Notes under the pieces: model-generated
The model's input: the letters and a program-made list of their open reading frames with translations, nothing else
Databases searched by the model: none
What the model was told of the DNA's origin: nothing
Shown here: positions 26,675 to 38,881 of the stretch, one piece after another
Layout of the letters: every line of letters starts with the position of its first letter
How positions within the stretch are numbered: the stretch's first letter is position 1
Origin: Squalus acanthias
Lineage: Eukaryota
NCBI GenBank assembly: GCA_030390025.1
Contig: CM059433.1
Location: forward strand, 62,001 to 126,000
Reading direction: 5' to 3'
DNA: 64,000 nt
Translations under genes and position numbers: made by a program

Positions 26675-27187
26675 AGTCTCTTAGCAAGCAAAGTTATGAA
26701 GGCCAGAAACCAAAGTACCAGCGAAGTTAGGATCAGTAGCCAAAACTACCTCACACAGCGTTGACTCAATGCACAAGTCTCTCTCTCTCTCTCTCTCCGA
26801 ATCTCTCTCTCTCTCTCAGAACGAGTGGTGCAAAAATGTCAACCACAGAGAAAGACAGGAAGAGGCCCCCTTCAAATAGCGCCCCCCCGAGCCCCACAGC
26901 GATTGTTAGCGTTCCACTCTACCGGTCGTTGGATGCGCCAGGCGGTAAGGATGGGGGCGCCACTGAATTTCTGCTCCGGGGCGCCACAAGGGCGTTGCAC
27001 TCTCGTATGACGTCACAATCCGCGGGCGCAGGGGACCGCGGCGATAAAGTTTAGCGCCGCCGCAAAATGTCTAGTGAAGTTCGCGAGCGGCGCAAACATC
27101 GCTGCGCCCGGGCGCTAGCTGCTTTGCGCCCCATTAGCGCCCTCTTAAGGCGCTAACGGGAGGCGCAACCAACTGAATTTTTAGCCC

Positions 27188-29621
27188 TTTGTGTCTTAAT
27201 GCGAGAAGCATTCGCAATAAGGTGGATGAATTCACTGCGCAAATAGATGTAAACGGATATGATATAATTGGTATTAGAGAGACTTGACTCCAGGGTGACC
27301 AAGGCAGGGAATTAAACATCCAGGGGTATTCAATATTCAGGAAGAACAGGCAAAAAGGAAAAGGAGGTGGGGTAGCATTGCTAGGTAAAGAGGAGCTTAA
27401 CACAATAGTAAGGAAGGATATTAGCTCTGATGATGTGGAATCTCTATGGTTGGAGCTGAGAAATCCCATGGGACAGAAAGCGTTAGTGGGAGTTGTGTAC
27501 AGACCCCCAAACAGAGGTTGGGGATGGCATTAAAAGGGAAATTAGAGACGCGTGCAATAAGGGCACAGCAGTTATCATGCATGACTTTAATCTACATATA
27601 GATTGGGCTAAACAAATTAGTAACAATACTGTGGAGGAGGAATTCCGAGAATGTATACGGGATGGTTTCCTGGACTAATATGTTGAGGAACCAAATTGAT
27701 ATCAGGCCATCTTAGACTGGCTATTATGTAATGAGAAACATTTAATTAGCAATCTTCTTGTGCGACCCCTTGGGGAGGAGCGATCATAATATGTTAAGAT
27801 GGAGAGTGAAGTCCTTGACTCAGAGACTAGGTTCCTGAATTTAAATAAAGGAAACTACGATGGTATGAGGCGCGACTTGGCTCGGATGAATTGGGCAATG
27901 TTACTTCAAAGTTTGACGGTGGCTAGGCAATGTCAAACATTTAAATATCGCATGGATGAACTACAGAATTTTTTCATCCCTGTTTGGCATAAAAATAAAA
28001 CAAAAAAGGTGACTCGACCGTGGCTAACAAGGGAAATTAGGGATAGCATAAGATCCAAGGAGAGGACATAAATTGGCCAGAAAAAGCAGCAAACCTGAGG
28101 ATTGGGAGCCGTTTAGGATTCAGCAAAGGAGGACAAAGCGATTAATTTAGAGGGGGAAAATAGAATATGAAAGTAAGCTTCAGGGAACATAAAAACTGGC
28201 TGTAAAATCTTCTATAGACATGGGAAGAGAAAAAGATTGGTGAAGTCAAGCGTAGGTCCCTTGCGGTCAGAATCAGGGGAATTTATCATGGGGAACAAAG
28301 AAATGGCAGACCAATTAAATACATACTTTGGTTCTGTTTTCACAAAGGAGGACACAAATAACCTCCCAGAGATGTCGGGGAACATATGTTTTAATGAGAG
28401 GGAGGAACTGAATGAAATCAGTATTTGTCAGGAAATGGTGTTCGGGAAATTGACGGGATTGAAGGCCAATAAATCCCCAGGGCCTGATAATCTACATCCT
28501 AGGTTACTTTAGGAAGTGGCCCTAGAAATAGTAGATGCATTGCTGGTCATCTTCCAAAATTATATAGGCTCTGGAACAGTTCCCATGGATTGGAGTGTAG
28601 CTAATGTAACCCCACTACTTAAAACAGTTGGTAGAGAGAAAACGGGGAATTATAGCCTGGCATCGTTAGTTGGGAAAATGCTAGAGTCCATTATAAAAGA
28701 AGTAATAGCAGAGCAGTTGGAATACAGTGACAGCATCGGACAAAGACAACATGGATTTACAAAAGGTAAATCATGCTTGACTAATCGATTGGATTTTTTT
28801 GAGGATGTAACTGCTCGTTTAGATAAGGGTGAACCATTGGATGTGGTGTATTTGGACTTTCAGAAGGCTTTCGATAAGATCCCGCACAAGAGATTAGCGT
28901 GCATAGTTAAAGCATCTGGGAATGGGGGTAAGTTTCTGACTTGGAAAGAGAACTGGTTGGCAGACAGGAAGCAAAGAGTTGGAATAAACGGGTCTTTTTC
29001 TGAGTGGCAGGCAGTGACTAGTGGGGAACCGCAGCGATCCGTGCTAGGACCCCAGCTATTCACAATATATATTAATGATCTAGATGAGGGAACTAGCTGT
29101 AATATCTCCAAGTTTGCAGACGACACAACGCTGGGTGGGCGAGTGTGTTGTGAGGAGGATGCAGAGAAACTCCAGTATGATTTGCTCAGGTTGTGTGATT
29201 GGGCAGATGCATGGCAGATGCAGTATAATGTGGATAAATCCGAGGTTATCCACTTTGGTGGCAAAAACAGGAAGACAGATAATTATCTGAGCGGCAATAG
29301 ATTTGGAAAAGGGAATGTGCAATGAAATCTGGGAGTCCTTGTGCACCAGTCGCTGAATGTAAGCATGCAGGTGCAGCAGGCTGTTAAGATGGCAAATGGT
29401 ATGTTCGCCTTCATAAAGAGAGGATTCGAGTACAGGAGCAAGGAAGTCTTTCTGCAGTTGTACTGGGCCTCGGTGAGACCACACCTTGAGTATTGTGTGC
29501 AGTTTTGTTCGCCTTATCTGAGGAAGGATGTTCTTGCCATGGAGGGAGTGCAGCGAAGATTCACCAGACTGATACCTGGGATGGCCTGAATGACGTATGC
29601 AGAAGATTGGTTCGATTAGAC
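27188..29621 (+). mobile_element. Degenerate CR1 ORF2, 5' part (interrupted by the provirus)
   Basis: LCLNARSIRNK to RRFTRLIPGM with stops and frameshifts; continues at 42348. Confidence 0.93.
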
Positions 29622-31275
29622 TGTAAGGGATTCTGACCCTGCGTGTCTCGCAGCCTGTGAGATTCACGCGGCTCTGTGCAGCCTGTATGTCAGTGCGGGT
29701 TTAGGCCTTGTTGCCTGTTCTGGTCTCCAGCCAGTCTGGGAGCACTAGACACACCTGTGAGTGGTTCGAATCACTTGCCCTTACGGTTCTAGACACTGGA
29801 CTTAGATGCGAGAGCAGTAATGGAGATGAAACTCATGTAGACTCGGTTGAATGGTACGAAATGGAAAATCTTTATTGCATGATATTTAGGATTACGAAAT
29901 ACATGTCATAAGCACAGATTAATGACAGTACAATCTTACAAGCAGTTATATAGCTGATCCTAGGGAAACGAGGAACGAACGACACACCGTAAATAGGGGC
30001 ACACATTACAAGTATCCTTAATACTTAAACCCTCCCCTATCAATATCTGTCCTAACTAAATTCGTAGGATTTCGAGACTCATGCTCACCACTCGTGATAA
30101 CTCGGAGAAATTCCGAATAGCTGATCGGATGTTTTTCACCGCAGCACCCACGTGTCGGTCAGGAGATCTCCTGGTCCCACTTGTTTACTTGCTTCTGCTC
30201 CGGCTAGCAGGCTGGACCGTCTGCTGTGATGAAGATCTGTGTTGGTTTAACAGGTACTTTTCCGAATAGATTTCACAGACCAGTCAATATCATCGGTGAT
30301 GATCCGTTCTTGCAAGTTCAAAGAAGTCTTCCTGGCAAGGAAAACTTGGCTATTCGACCTACAGGCGTGGTCGGGATTTACTGACCGTGGCGATGAGTAT
30401 GGTCTTCCTCTCTTCTCATCTCATCTCATCTCATCTCATCTAATCTCATCTCATCTCGGGCCTTTGGTTCCGCTGCCAGTTACCAACATAGGTCTTCGTT
30501 ACGCGACACGAGGTAGATCCGAACGGATCAGAAAGTTCAACAGTCTTTTTCAAAGAGGCACCAGGCAAGCAGGAACCAGACTACGAGTCAAAACGCAGGA
30601 GCAGCCACGAGGTTACGAGTCGATCGGATAAGAGAATAAGAGAAAGATGGACGGTTGGAGCTTGTAATTATAGTACAAAATCTTCCGTTTCCCGCCCAAC
30701 CTTAATGTCCTTTCTTTTGTTTGGGTCTGGCGCTCAAATGTCTTGTATGGGTGATCTCCGTTCTTAATGGGTTTCGGGGCTACTCGTAAATGTCTGAGTA
30801 CCTGTTAATATTTCTCCCATTGTTAAATCGGTCGGTGTTCTCCCTGGAGGGGTTTTGGGGCTTCCAAGTGTTTTGTATAACTACCTGCTAACGGCTCTCT
30901 CATCGTAGAGTCGTTGGGATTTTACATATTAATGTCTTTTGGATGGGCCCTTGATTACTCGGTACAATAGCTTTCATTCGTACCTGGGAGACCGATTTCA
31001 GTATTTATGTGTATACTGCAAACCCATAATGTCTCGTGTATTATCTTCACTGTGCTGAATCTTAATCGATCTTGCACAAATGTTTATTGGAACGCCATCT
31101 TGTCTGCCTGTCGAAAAGTCTAGAATGTTCTGTCACGAGGTGCGGCGGCCATTTTACAGGCTGCTTGTGTCCACTTTGAGAAACCTGACCGCATTCTGCT
31201 GAAATAAAAGCTGTTTGAACGGGACTCTGTGTTTTCTCCTTATTAATAAAATCGCGATAAATTGCGAATTCTACA
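29622..31275 (-). repeat. 3' LTR (1654 bp)
   Basis: Minus strand TGTAGAATTC...CCCTTACA; AATAAA at 29876-29871; near-identical to 40695..42343. Confidence 0.97.
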
Positions 31276-31287
31276 GTCCCTCCTGTT
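31276..31287 (-). promoter_or_regulatory. Polypurine tract
   Basis: AACAGGAGGGAC directly abutting the 3' LTR TG. Confidence 0.75.
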
Positions 31288-31727
31288 GATGCGAATAACT
31301 CCGCTTATCGTATCAAAAATCATAGTGGTGAGCAATATTATCTCGATTTCTCTCCGAATCCAGCAAATTAATCCCATAATTTTAACCTAGCTAGGGTCTC
31401 TGTGTCGTCCTTATTTCCCAAGAAAATTACATTTTATATCACCGTGGGCCTTTATTTGCCCTTAAACTTACACCACTTGTTTTCCTTCCCGGCGTAACCA
31501 GGCCGATGCCTCTCATATCACCTGTATATTCATCTTTTATTCAGGGAAAGGAAAAACAAAACCCAAAACCAAACAATCATTTTTAACTAGAACACCATCA
31601 CCAAAAATAATCAACACCAACTCTTAAAACATGTCGAGTTCCCAACGTATTTACAATCTTTGAAAATCATGATCGAGTACAAACTTCCGCGGCGCACGTG
31701 GCGAGCGGGAATGACGCCATTTTCCGA

Positions 31728-34079
31728 TTACACGGTGCTTTCATCGTGCACGCGCACGTAACGTTCTCGCCACTCTCCCGTGTTTTCATGCTTGGTGAGG
31801 CGTTTGTCTCTTTTACAATGTACGACCAATAGGTACACTACAATAAACACTTGACATACGACTAAAATGTGGGAGGCTATTCTGATCCATGAAGGCACTT
31901 CAATATTGGTGAACAGATTCCACCACGGTGGAACTACTATATCCAGAATGTCTGTTCCTATTTCGACAGTTTTCTGCTCTAATGTGTAAAAATGTTTCTG
32001 TGACACCGCAACGGCTTTTAAAAGCTTGGTGAGGTGTTCAGGGAGAGGGGGAATGAGGTATCCGAAATGCGCGACGAATCGTTGCAAGTCGGTGAAATTC
32101 TCTTTTACTGTGAGATGAACAGTGGATGGTTCAGGGATTGGGATAATTCGCTGTTGTGCTACTTGAACTTCCGCCCTGGGTTTAAAACAGAAACTGCTGT
32201 CACTCACCGGACACCGGCTACGGTTTCCATGCTGGTAGTGTTGCGCTGCAGTGGTAACACAATATGTTCCACCCCCGATGTATGCTACCTGCCGAGGCAC
32301 ATGATCTTGTGCCATTGCCTCCATGGTGCAATTCATGGACTTGGCGCCAGTCGTTCTGAACCCGCACTGTGGTGTTAAAAAGGCATTCAAGTGCTGGGGG
32401 CACAGTATTATGTGTGCTCCCCTGCCACGACAACCAGAGAGATCTGTACCTGTCATCGTTTGCTCCCAGCGGATGACGTAAGGTGGAACCGCTGCATAAC
32501 GAATGTGGGCTCCCCCCTGAATGACACCAATGTTCTCTACCCGATACACCGGGGCGGGCTTTGCTGTGTCGCCCAAAACCGGCATGCGTAAAACTATACC
32601 CATAATGGTATGGTTTGATCGTCCGCAGTCCACGGGGACTGGGTAAGCTTCTGAAGCTAGCCTGAGCTGACACGGACTTAATGCGTTCTGAAAAGGGTGG
32701 AGCGCCCGCAGGTGTTTGTTACTTATCCAGGACGGGACCAAACCTTGTTTTAAATCCTCCAAATTACTGCGGCCCTCGCCCAGTAACCACGCCCCGTAAA
32801 GCACGCACACCTCGTTCTGCGCAGCTTGATCGGATGCATTCCGATCTTCCCTAATCAGGGCATTTACCGTTTTTGTATGTTTCTCCAGCTCTGCTATAAT
32901 TTCCTTTAAATGGAGAGTCATGGCTTGGTCCTCGTGTAGACCCGACCCTACCACTTTATTCTCATCTGTTAGAATGTCTTTTAATTGTGTCTTTAAACCA
33001 TTAATCTAGGTCTGCAGCTCCACACTGTCTAGAGCGTTGACCACGGATGTACCCGTGTTAAAAGCAGTGAACGCATCGTTCACCAAACCCCTTCTTTGCC
33101 TCCCTACTTGATCCAAAACTTCCTGTGGTGCGGTGTACAAACTTGTTTTATCAATTTCCGCGAAATCGAATTCGTAAAATTGTCTGAACATCTTGGTCAA
33201 CAGGACCTGATACAACTGTTCCGTCTTTTTGGGGCACCACTCTGGTAACCGCACCTCGGTGAGATTTAAAATCACCGAGGCCACCGCGTAATGTACCCCC
33301 TGAAATAGTATCTGGTCTGTGGGGACCAGTACCAAACCATTCCCGGGTCCCTTACTAGTTTTAGGGCACCCTTCTTCCTCAGCTAGAACCACCGGAATCG
33401 TGGGCGGGGCTTTGCGTGGGCGCGTAATGAGCTCAGTGGCATTTACCGGGATCGAAGAGTATGGGGCTCCGCACCCCCTGGTGCTCGCATCCCACCTCAT
33501 CCCCTGTCCGTTATCCTGCCACTGATTAATGAAAAATATGGATATGCCTTTGGGGCAAACGTACTTTGACCCCCACATACATACATAAATTCCCTCATCC
33601 GGTTCCCACCATTTGTCCCAACAGACTTTCACTTGTCCGTTTGTCCCCGTAATTGTCCGATGGGTATTATTACCCAGTCGTTCCCACTCGACCGAAGAGT
33701 TCCTCATAGTTTTGCTCAGCTTTCGCAGCCACCACCATCGGCTCAATGGGACATTCCCAGTACAAGTCAAACAAATCCGTTTGCCGACGGTGACGCTGAT
33801 CCTGGGTGCGATGATCCTTACTTTGGGGCACATTAAAGAAGTCTCTTTGTAGGCAAACCCCGATGTGCTAGAATACTCCGTCGAGTTCGTTCCCAGCCAT
33901 CCTGGCCACCTTCCCTTGTGGAAATAGGTGCTGGTCTCCTCTGCCTCCCGTCTTCCGGTCCCATCCACCGCGATGGGGGCCGTGTCCCCGGAACATCCAA
34001 ACACCACGACATCCTTGGTGCGACCTCGATAGGCCAATCCACATCCGATTGCCGCGAGCAATACTAGAATTCGTTCCAT
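31728..34079 (-). pseudogene. env: Envelope glycoprotein (~783 aa) with one in-frame TAG at 33008-33006
   Basis: Signal peptide MERILVLLAAIGCGLA, furin site RQRR|GLVNDAF, heptad-like region, Cys-rich ectodomain, TM helix IASHILVVCQVFIVVYLLVV; the two ORFs are in frame (51 nt apart). Confidence 0.88.
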
Positions 34080-34365
34080 CCTTCCTTGGTTCCTGTGATC
34101 AGATAGAATGAGGTAGCCAGCCTCGCAAGAGTCTCTGGCTTTTGTGAAGGGTGAGCGGGTCCCCTGACCTCGCCTCACGTAAACTTCAACGTTCGCTGAA
34201 TAAACTTTAACTAAACCTATTTTTAAAACTCCCATCATTTTATCGTTTTCTGTTAAAAACACTACAATCTTAACCTTATTAAAACTATAAACTTAACCTT
34301 GAACTATGAACTTAACACTTAAAACTTATTACTATACAGTGCCGCCCGTTCTCAGGGCGGCCCCT

Positions 34366-37300
34366 TTAAATTCTGAGAAGGCTGCTGTGAGCTCTTCCCG
34401 ACGGTGGGAGGGCACTGACCCTTCCCTTTGATCTGCCGCAGCCTGTTGCTGCACTGATTCCTTCCTCTGATCTGCCGCAGCCTGTTGCTGCTGCGATGGG
34501 GCCGGGCTGTATCTGGGTTGCCTTAACCTTAAGTCTACGCCTTGGGGCAGTCTGGGGACATGACCACATCCTCCTGGGCTGGGGTTCTCTACTTGACCTA
34601 CGGGGAGTTGCCATGGGCGGGGGTTCCGTGACTGACGGACCGGGTTCCGAGACTTCCATCGGGACGACCTGGGGTTCCACCACAGTCGCTGGCTCCGCCT
34701 CCGCTGACTCCGCCTCCCTAACCTCGGGGCTCGCAGTTGGTGGCTCCGCCCTGCTCGGCCCAGCAGGCGGCCCTTCACTCGTGATCTCTGCCTCCCCCGA
34801 GGACGGGACGTTCAAACCGGGCGGCTCTGTCTCTGGGGTCCTCACCGTCACTCCCTGTGCTCCCACAGCGGCTGGCCCCGCCTCCCCTAGCTCCTCCCTC
34901 CTGTCCTCGGGACCTGCAGCTTGTGTGTCCACCCTGTGTGGATCTCTATCTGCAGCCCGTATTCTCCCTATATCTAAAATGGGACCGTTCCTCCAAAACC
35001 ACTCGTCTTCATCACTATCCTCATCTGACTCGAGTTCCCAGAATTCTCCCTCATCTGACTCCCAACCCCACAAAAATGCTTCATGATCTTCCAGGATGTC
35101 CCCTCCCCTGATGCAAGCTGCTTTGCCTGCCCGTGTGCCTTGTGGTCCTACCTGGGGCTGTGCTTCCCCACTGGCGGGGTTTACCCCTGTGGTTTTCCCT
35201 TGCGCACCTGGCTTGTACAGTTTGCATTGGTTTACGTGGAACCACTTAGTGCGCCGAGGTACTTTTACGGCGTATACCATGGGACTCGCCTTGTCTACAA
35301 TGTTGTAGGGTCCCATATACAGTGGTTCCAGACTCCCTACTCTGGCGTAGTTTCTGACCATGACCTGGTCTCCTACTTCCCACTCCCGTGTTTTGCGGGG
35401 TTCCAGCAACAAGCGATTGCCCTGATGCTGCCTTCCCATGTTCCCAGCCGCCTGCTCATAAACCTGCTTCAGGCGCTCCAAGAGAGTCTGGGCGAACTTG
35501 TCCCTGCTTATCTCTTGGAGCTGACCCTCAGTGAGCACCGGCGCTAGCACATGGGTGGGGGTTCGCATGAGCCTCCCAGTCATCACCTCGTGCGGGGAGT
35601 ACCCCGTACTTTTTGACTGACTGGCCCGGACCCCCATGAGGACTAAAGGCAGAACTTCCGCCCATTTTTGGGGCGAGTTCCTAGTCTCTTTCCTCAATTT
35701 CTCCTTCAGGGTCCGGTTCATGCGTTCAACAATCCCGGATGACTGGGGATTGTGTGCTACGTGCCACTTCCCTTCAATGCCCAAAAGCATGAGGGTGTTC
35801 TGCATCACCTGGCCGGTGAAATGACTCCCTTGGTCTGACTCCACAAAACGGGGAAGTCCCCACCGCGAGAACACTTCCCGGACCAAGATTTTTGCTGTAC
35901 CCAGTGCCGTAGCTGTTCGACAGGGGAAGGCTTCCACCCACTTGGAAAACACATCCACCAAGACGAGGCAGTATTTATAACCTCCCTGGGTGGTGGGCAG
36001 GGGTCCTATATAGTCGATCTGTATCGACTGCCATGGTCCCTCTACCCTTCTTACGTGTCCCATGGGCACCTTCCTTTTCTGGGGGTCTGGGTTGTTTGCA
36101 GCGCACACAAGACAGTTTGCACAGAACTCGCGGACTTGTTCCCTGAGCCCTGGCCACCATCCCGCTTGCTCTACCCGTTGCCAGGTAACCTCGGGCCCGG
36201 GGTGCCCTGCCCCTGGTCCCTCGTGAGCCAACTGGAGGAATTCCCTCCTGTGCTGCTGCGGCACAACCCACTGCTCCTCGTGGAACAGCATGCCTTCCTT
36301 AACTGAGAGGGTTGCCGTACTGTACGGACCTTCTACCTGCCTCCCCTCAGCAATGGTTTTTAGGATTGCTTTTAGGGTGGGATCCTGGGTTTGGACGGTC
36401 TTAAGGTCTAGGAGCAATGCTACCCTAGTGTTCCCGGGATTCCCGTCCCTGCCTCGGATCGCTGCTATGGGTCTGGTCCCATAGGGGTCCCAGAAAATGC
36501 CGTTGCGGGCACCTTCCCTGGCTAGCGCATCCGCCTGCTGGTTGCCCTCCCCACGGGGCTCTGTGGAGGAGTGAGCTTTCACCTTATGGATGAAAATCTC
36601 TCCTTCCTCCCCTACTGCTGCTGCTAAGATCTTTTCCAGCAAGGGCTTCACCGTTAAAGGTCGCCCGTCCGCGGAGGTGTATCCACGGCGGGACCAAATG
36701 GCCAGGTATTCCGTACACGAATTGCAGGTGAACATACTGTCCGAGCAAATCGTGTATGGGGTTGGGAAAATGTCTGGGTGGGTAACAACGTACACCACGG
36801 CAGACAGCTCAGCCTGCTGCGCGCTCATGGTGCTGGGGAGCTTGATCGCCAGGGCAAGGTTTGCCGCAGGGTCATAAACTCCACACCCCGTGAGTCGTTC
36901 GCCAGCAGATACTGTGCTAGACCCATCAACATAAATCTCGCGCCCAGTGGGATGTATCCCGGCCCGTAAACCTATGTTGACGTCCCACACCCCTTCCACC
37001 GAACACCGGTGGGCTGTACCGGGGTATACCAAATTGGCCGCAAGCCTGGGCTCGCAAAGACCTTTTACTCTAAGATCCAACTGGGAGAGAAGAAGGGTCC
37101 AGCGCGCAATGCGCACGCTGCTTACGGTCCCATCTTTAATCCTCCCATCCAGAAGCATCTTAGTTGGTGTGTGATGTGTGAGGAGAGTGATGGGAGAGAG
37201 CCCTGTGAAGATCGCTGATCTTTTCACAGCCCAATGCGTGGCTAAAAGGTGCCTTTCGCAATTGGAGAAACTTCTCTCCACATCCGTTAACACCCTGGAT

Positions 37301-38881
37301 GAATAGACAACCGGCCTCAGCTTGCCGTGACGCTCTTGGAGCAGCACAGCGCTCAAACTGTCTCCGCTGGCAGCTACCTCCAGGAAAAACTCCTTCCCCC
37401 CATCTATGGCCCCTAAGGCTGGCGCGGTCTGCAGATCCCTTTTTAACTTCTCGAAGGCTGCTTGGCAGCCCTCGTCCCAAGACCACTCCACCCCCTTATG
37501 GAGGAGTCGGAGGAGCGGCGCTGCTGTGGCCGCATAGTCTTCGATAAAGTCCCTGCAGTAACCGGTCAGTCCCAAGAAGGACCTCACACCCCTTATGTTG
37601 TTGGGAATCGGTAATTCTTGCACCGACTCCCTCCTTGCTTTGTCTATGGCTCTTTCCCCAGCGCGTATGGTCAGTCCCAGGAATTTTACTTCCCGCTGAC
37701 CGATACGTGCTTTCTTAGGATTTATTTTATAACCCTTTCTCGCTAGCAGCTCCAATAACTCGTCCAGTAGTGGTCCATGCCCTTGAGTCCGTAAATAGGA
37801 GCAAATCATCCACGTACTGCACTATCTGATTGGGCTGACTAAACTCCTTTAAACTTCCTGCCATACACTGATGGAAAATACTGGGGCTATTGTGGAAACC
37901 CTGTGGCAGACAGTTCCATGTGTACTGTTGTCCTTTGAAAGTAAAGGCAAACTTGTACTGGTCCTCTCGCCTCAGCGGGATGGACCAAAAACCGTTCGAG
38001 ATATCCAGCACCGTGAACGTGGTCGCGGACGCTGGGATGCTCCCTATTAGGTCAGCAACTGCTGCTACCGTGGGCACGCAGGCGGGAATGTTACTGTTAA
38101 GGACTCTGTAGTCCACCGTGGCTCTCCACGAATTATCCGGCTTCCTAACCGGCCATAATGGGGAGTTCACGTGTGTGGCTATCGGCCTCAACACGCCCTG
38201 CTGCACCAAGGAGGACATTGCTGTCTCCATATCGGGTTCTGCTTCTTTGGGGAAGTTATACTGCTTTTGGGGTCGGGTCATGGGGTCCCCATCTACGCTG
38301 ACCTCAAACCCGATAACCCTCCCACAATCGTGCTTGTGGGTTGCAAACGCGTGCATATTATCTGACACGTACGTTTGCATGTCCGTTGGGACATCTGCGA
38401 CCATAAGCCTGAGGTCGTAGCCTCCGGATGGCTGTACGGTACACAGGACCCCTGTTTCTTCCTCCCCCGGAATCACTACTACCTCGCCTTTTTCACCCTT
38501 AGCCCCCCAGAGACAGTGATTTCTGAGGTCCACGAGGATCCCGTGTCCCGATAGAAGATCAGACCCGAGAATACCTCTTCCACCCCCCTCCTGCCATTCC
38601 ATCAGTATACACTTCCACTTAAGGTGAAGTGCTCCCAAACGAATGGATAGCGGAAGGGAGAACGCGCCAGCCTGTTCTTTTCCTGTGAACCCCGCTAACG
38701 TGAATGGGACCCTGGTAGATAGCGGCGAGTCAAAAGGGCTATCTGTATGGATTATGGTGCAAGAAGCTCCCGTGTCCAACAAATAACTACCCCTCTGTTT
38801 CTCTACCTCCATCTCCACCAAAGGTCGCTTCCACGCATCATAGCTAAGCGGACACAGGTAGACGGGCTGCGCGGGTTCTAG
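34366..38881 (-). pseudogene. pol: Pol polyprotein PR-RT-tether RNase H-RNase H-IN, with one frameshift near 37783
   Basis: LLDTGAS; LDISNGFW, LPQGFHNSP, YVDD; degenerate RH (LEVAAS..CERHLLA); intact RH (YVDGS..AELSA..SDS..KAH..GNQQAD); IN HHCC, IDY..SDQG..VER, GPY. Confidence 0.95.

Larger units (their letters stand above)
23106..27187. mobile_element. PIF/Harbinger DNA transposon, two-gene copy A (4082 bp)
   Basis: Ends GGGGGAAAAATTAGG...CTGAATTTTTAGCCC; convergent Myb/SANT and transposase genes; collinear (inverted) with 55766..60164. Confidence 0.95.

Noticed and set aside
29708..30631. Plus-strand short ORFs duplicated at 40781-41699 as possible accessory genes
   Set aside because: Duplicated only because they lie in the LTRs; no motifs; one is frameshifted between LTRs by a TCATC unit
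33006..33008. Programmed readthrough in env
   Set aside because: TAG-ATT is not a known leaky context; a point mutation is simpler, though other copies should be checked
37727..37809. Programmed frameshift within RT
   Set aside because: Falls inside the RT palm just after YVDD with no slippery site; a small deletion or sequence error is more likely
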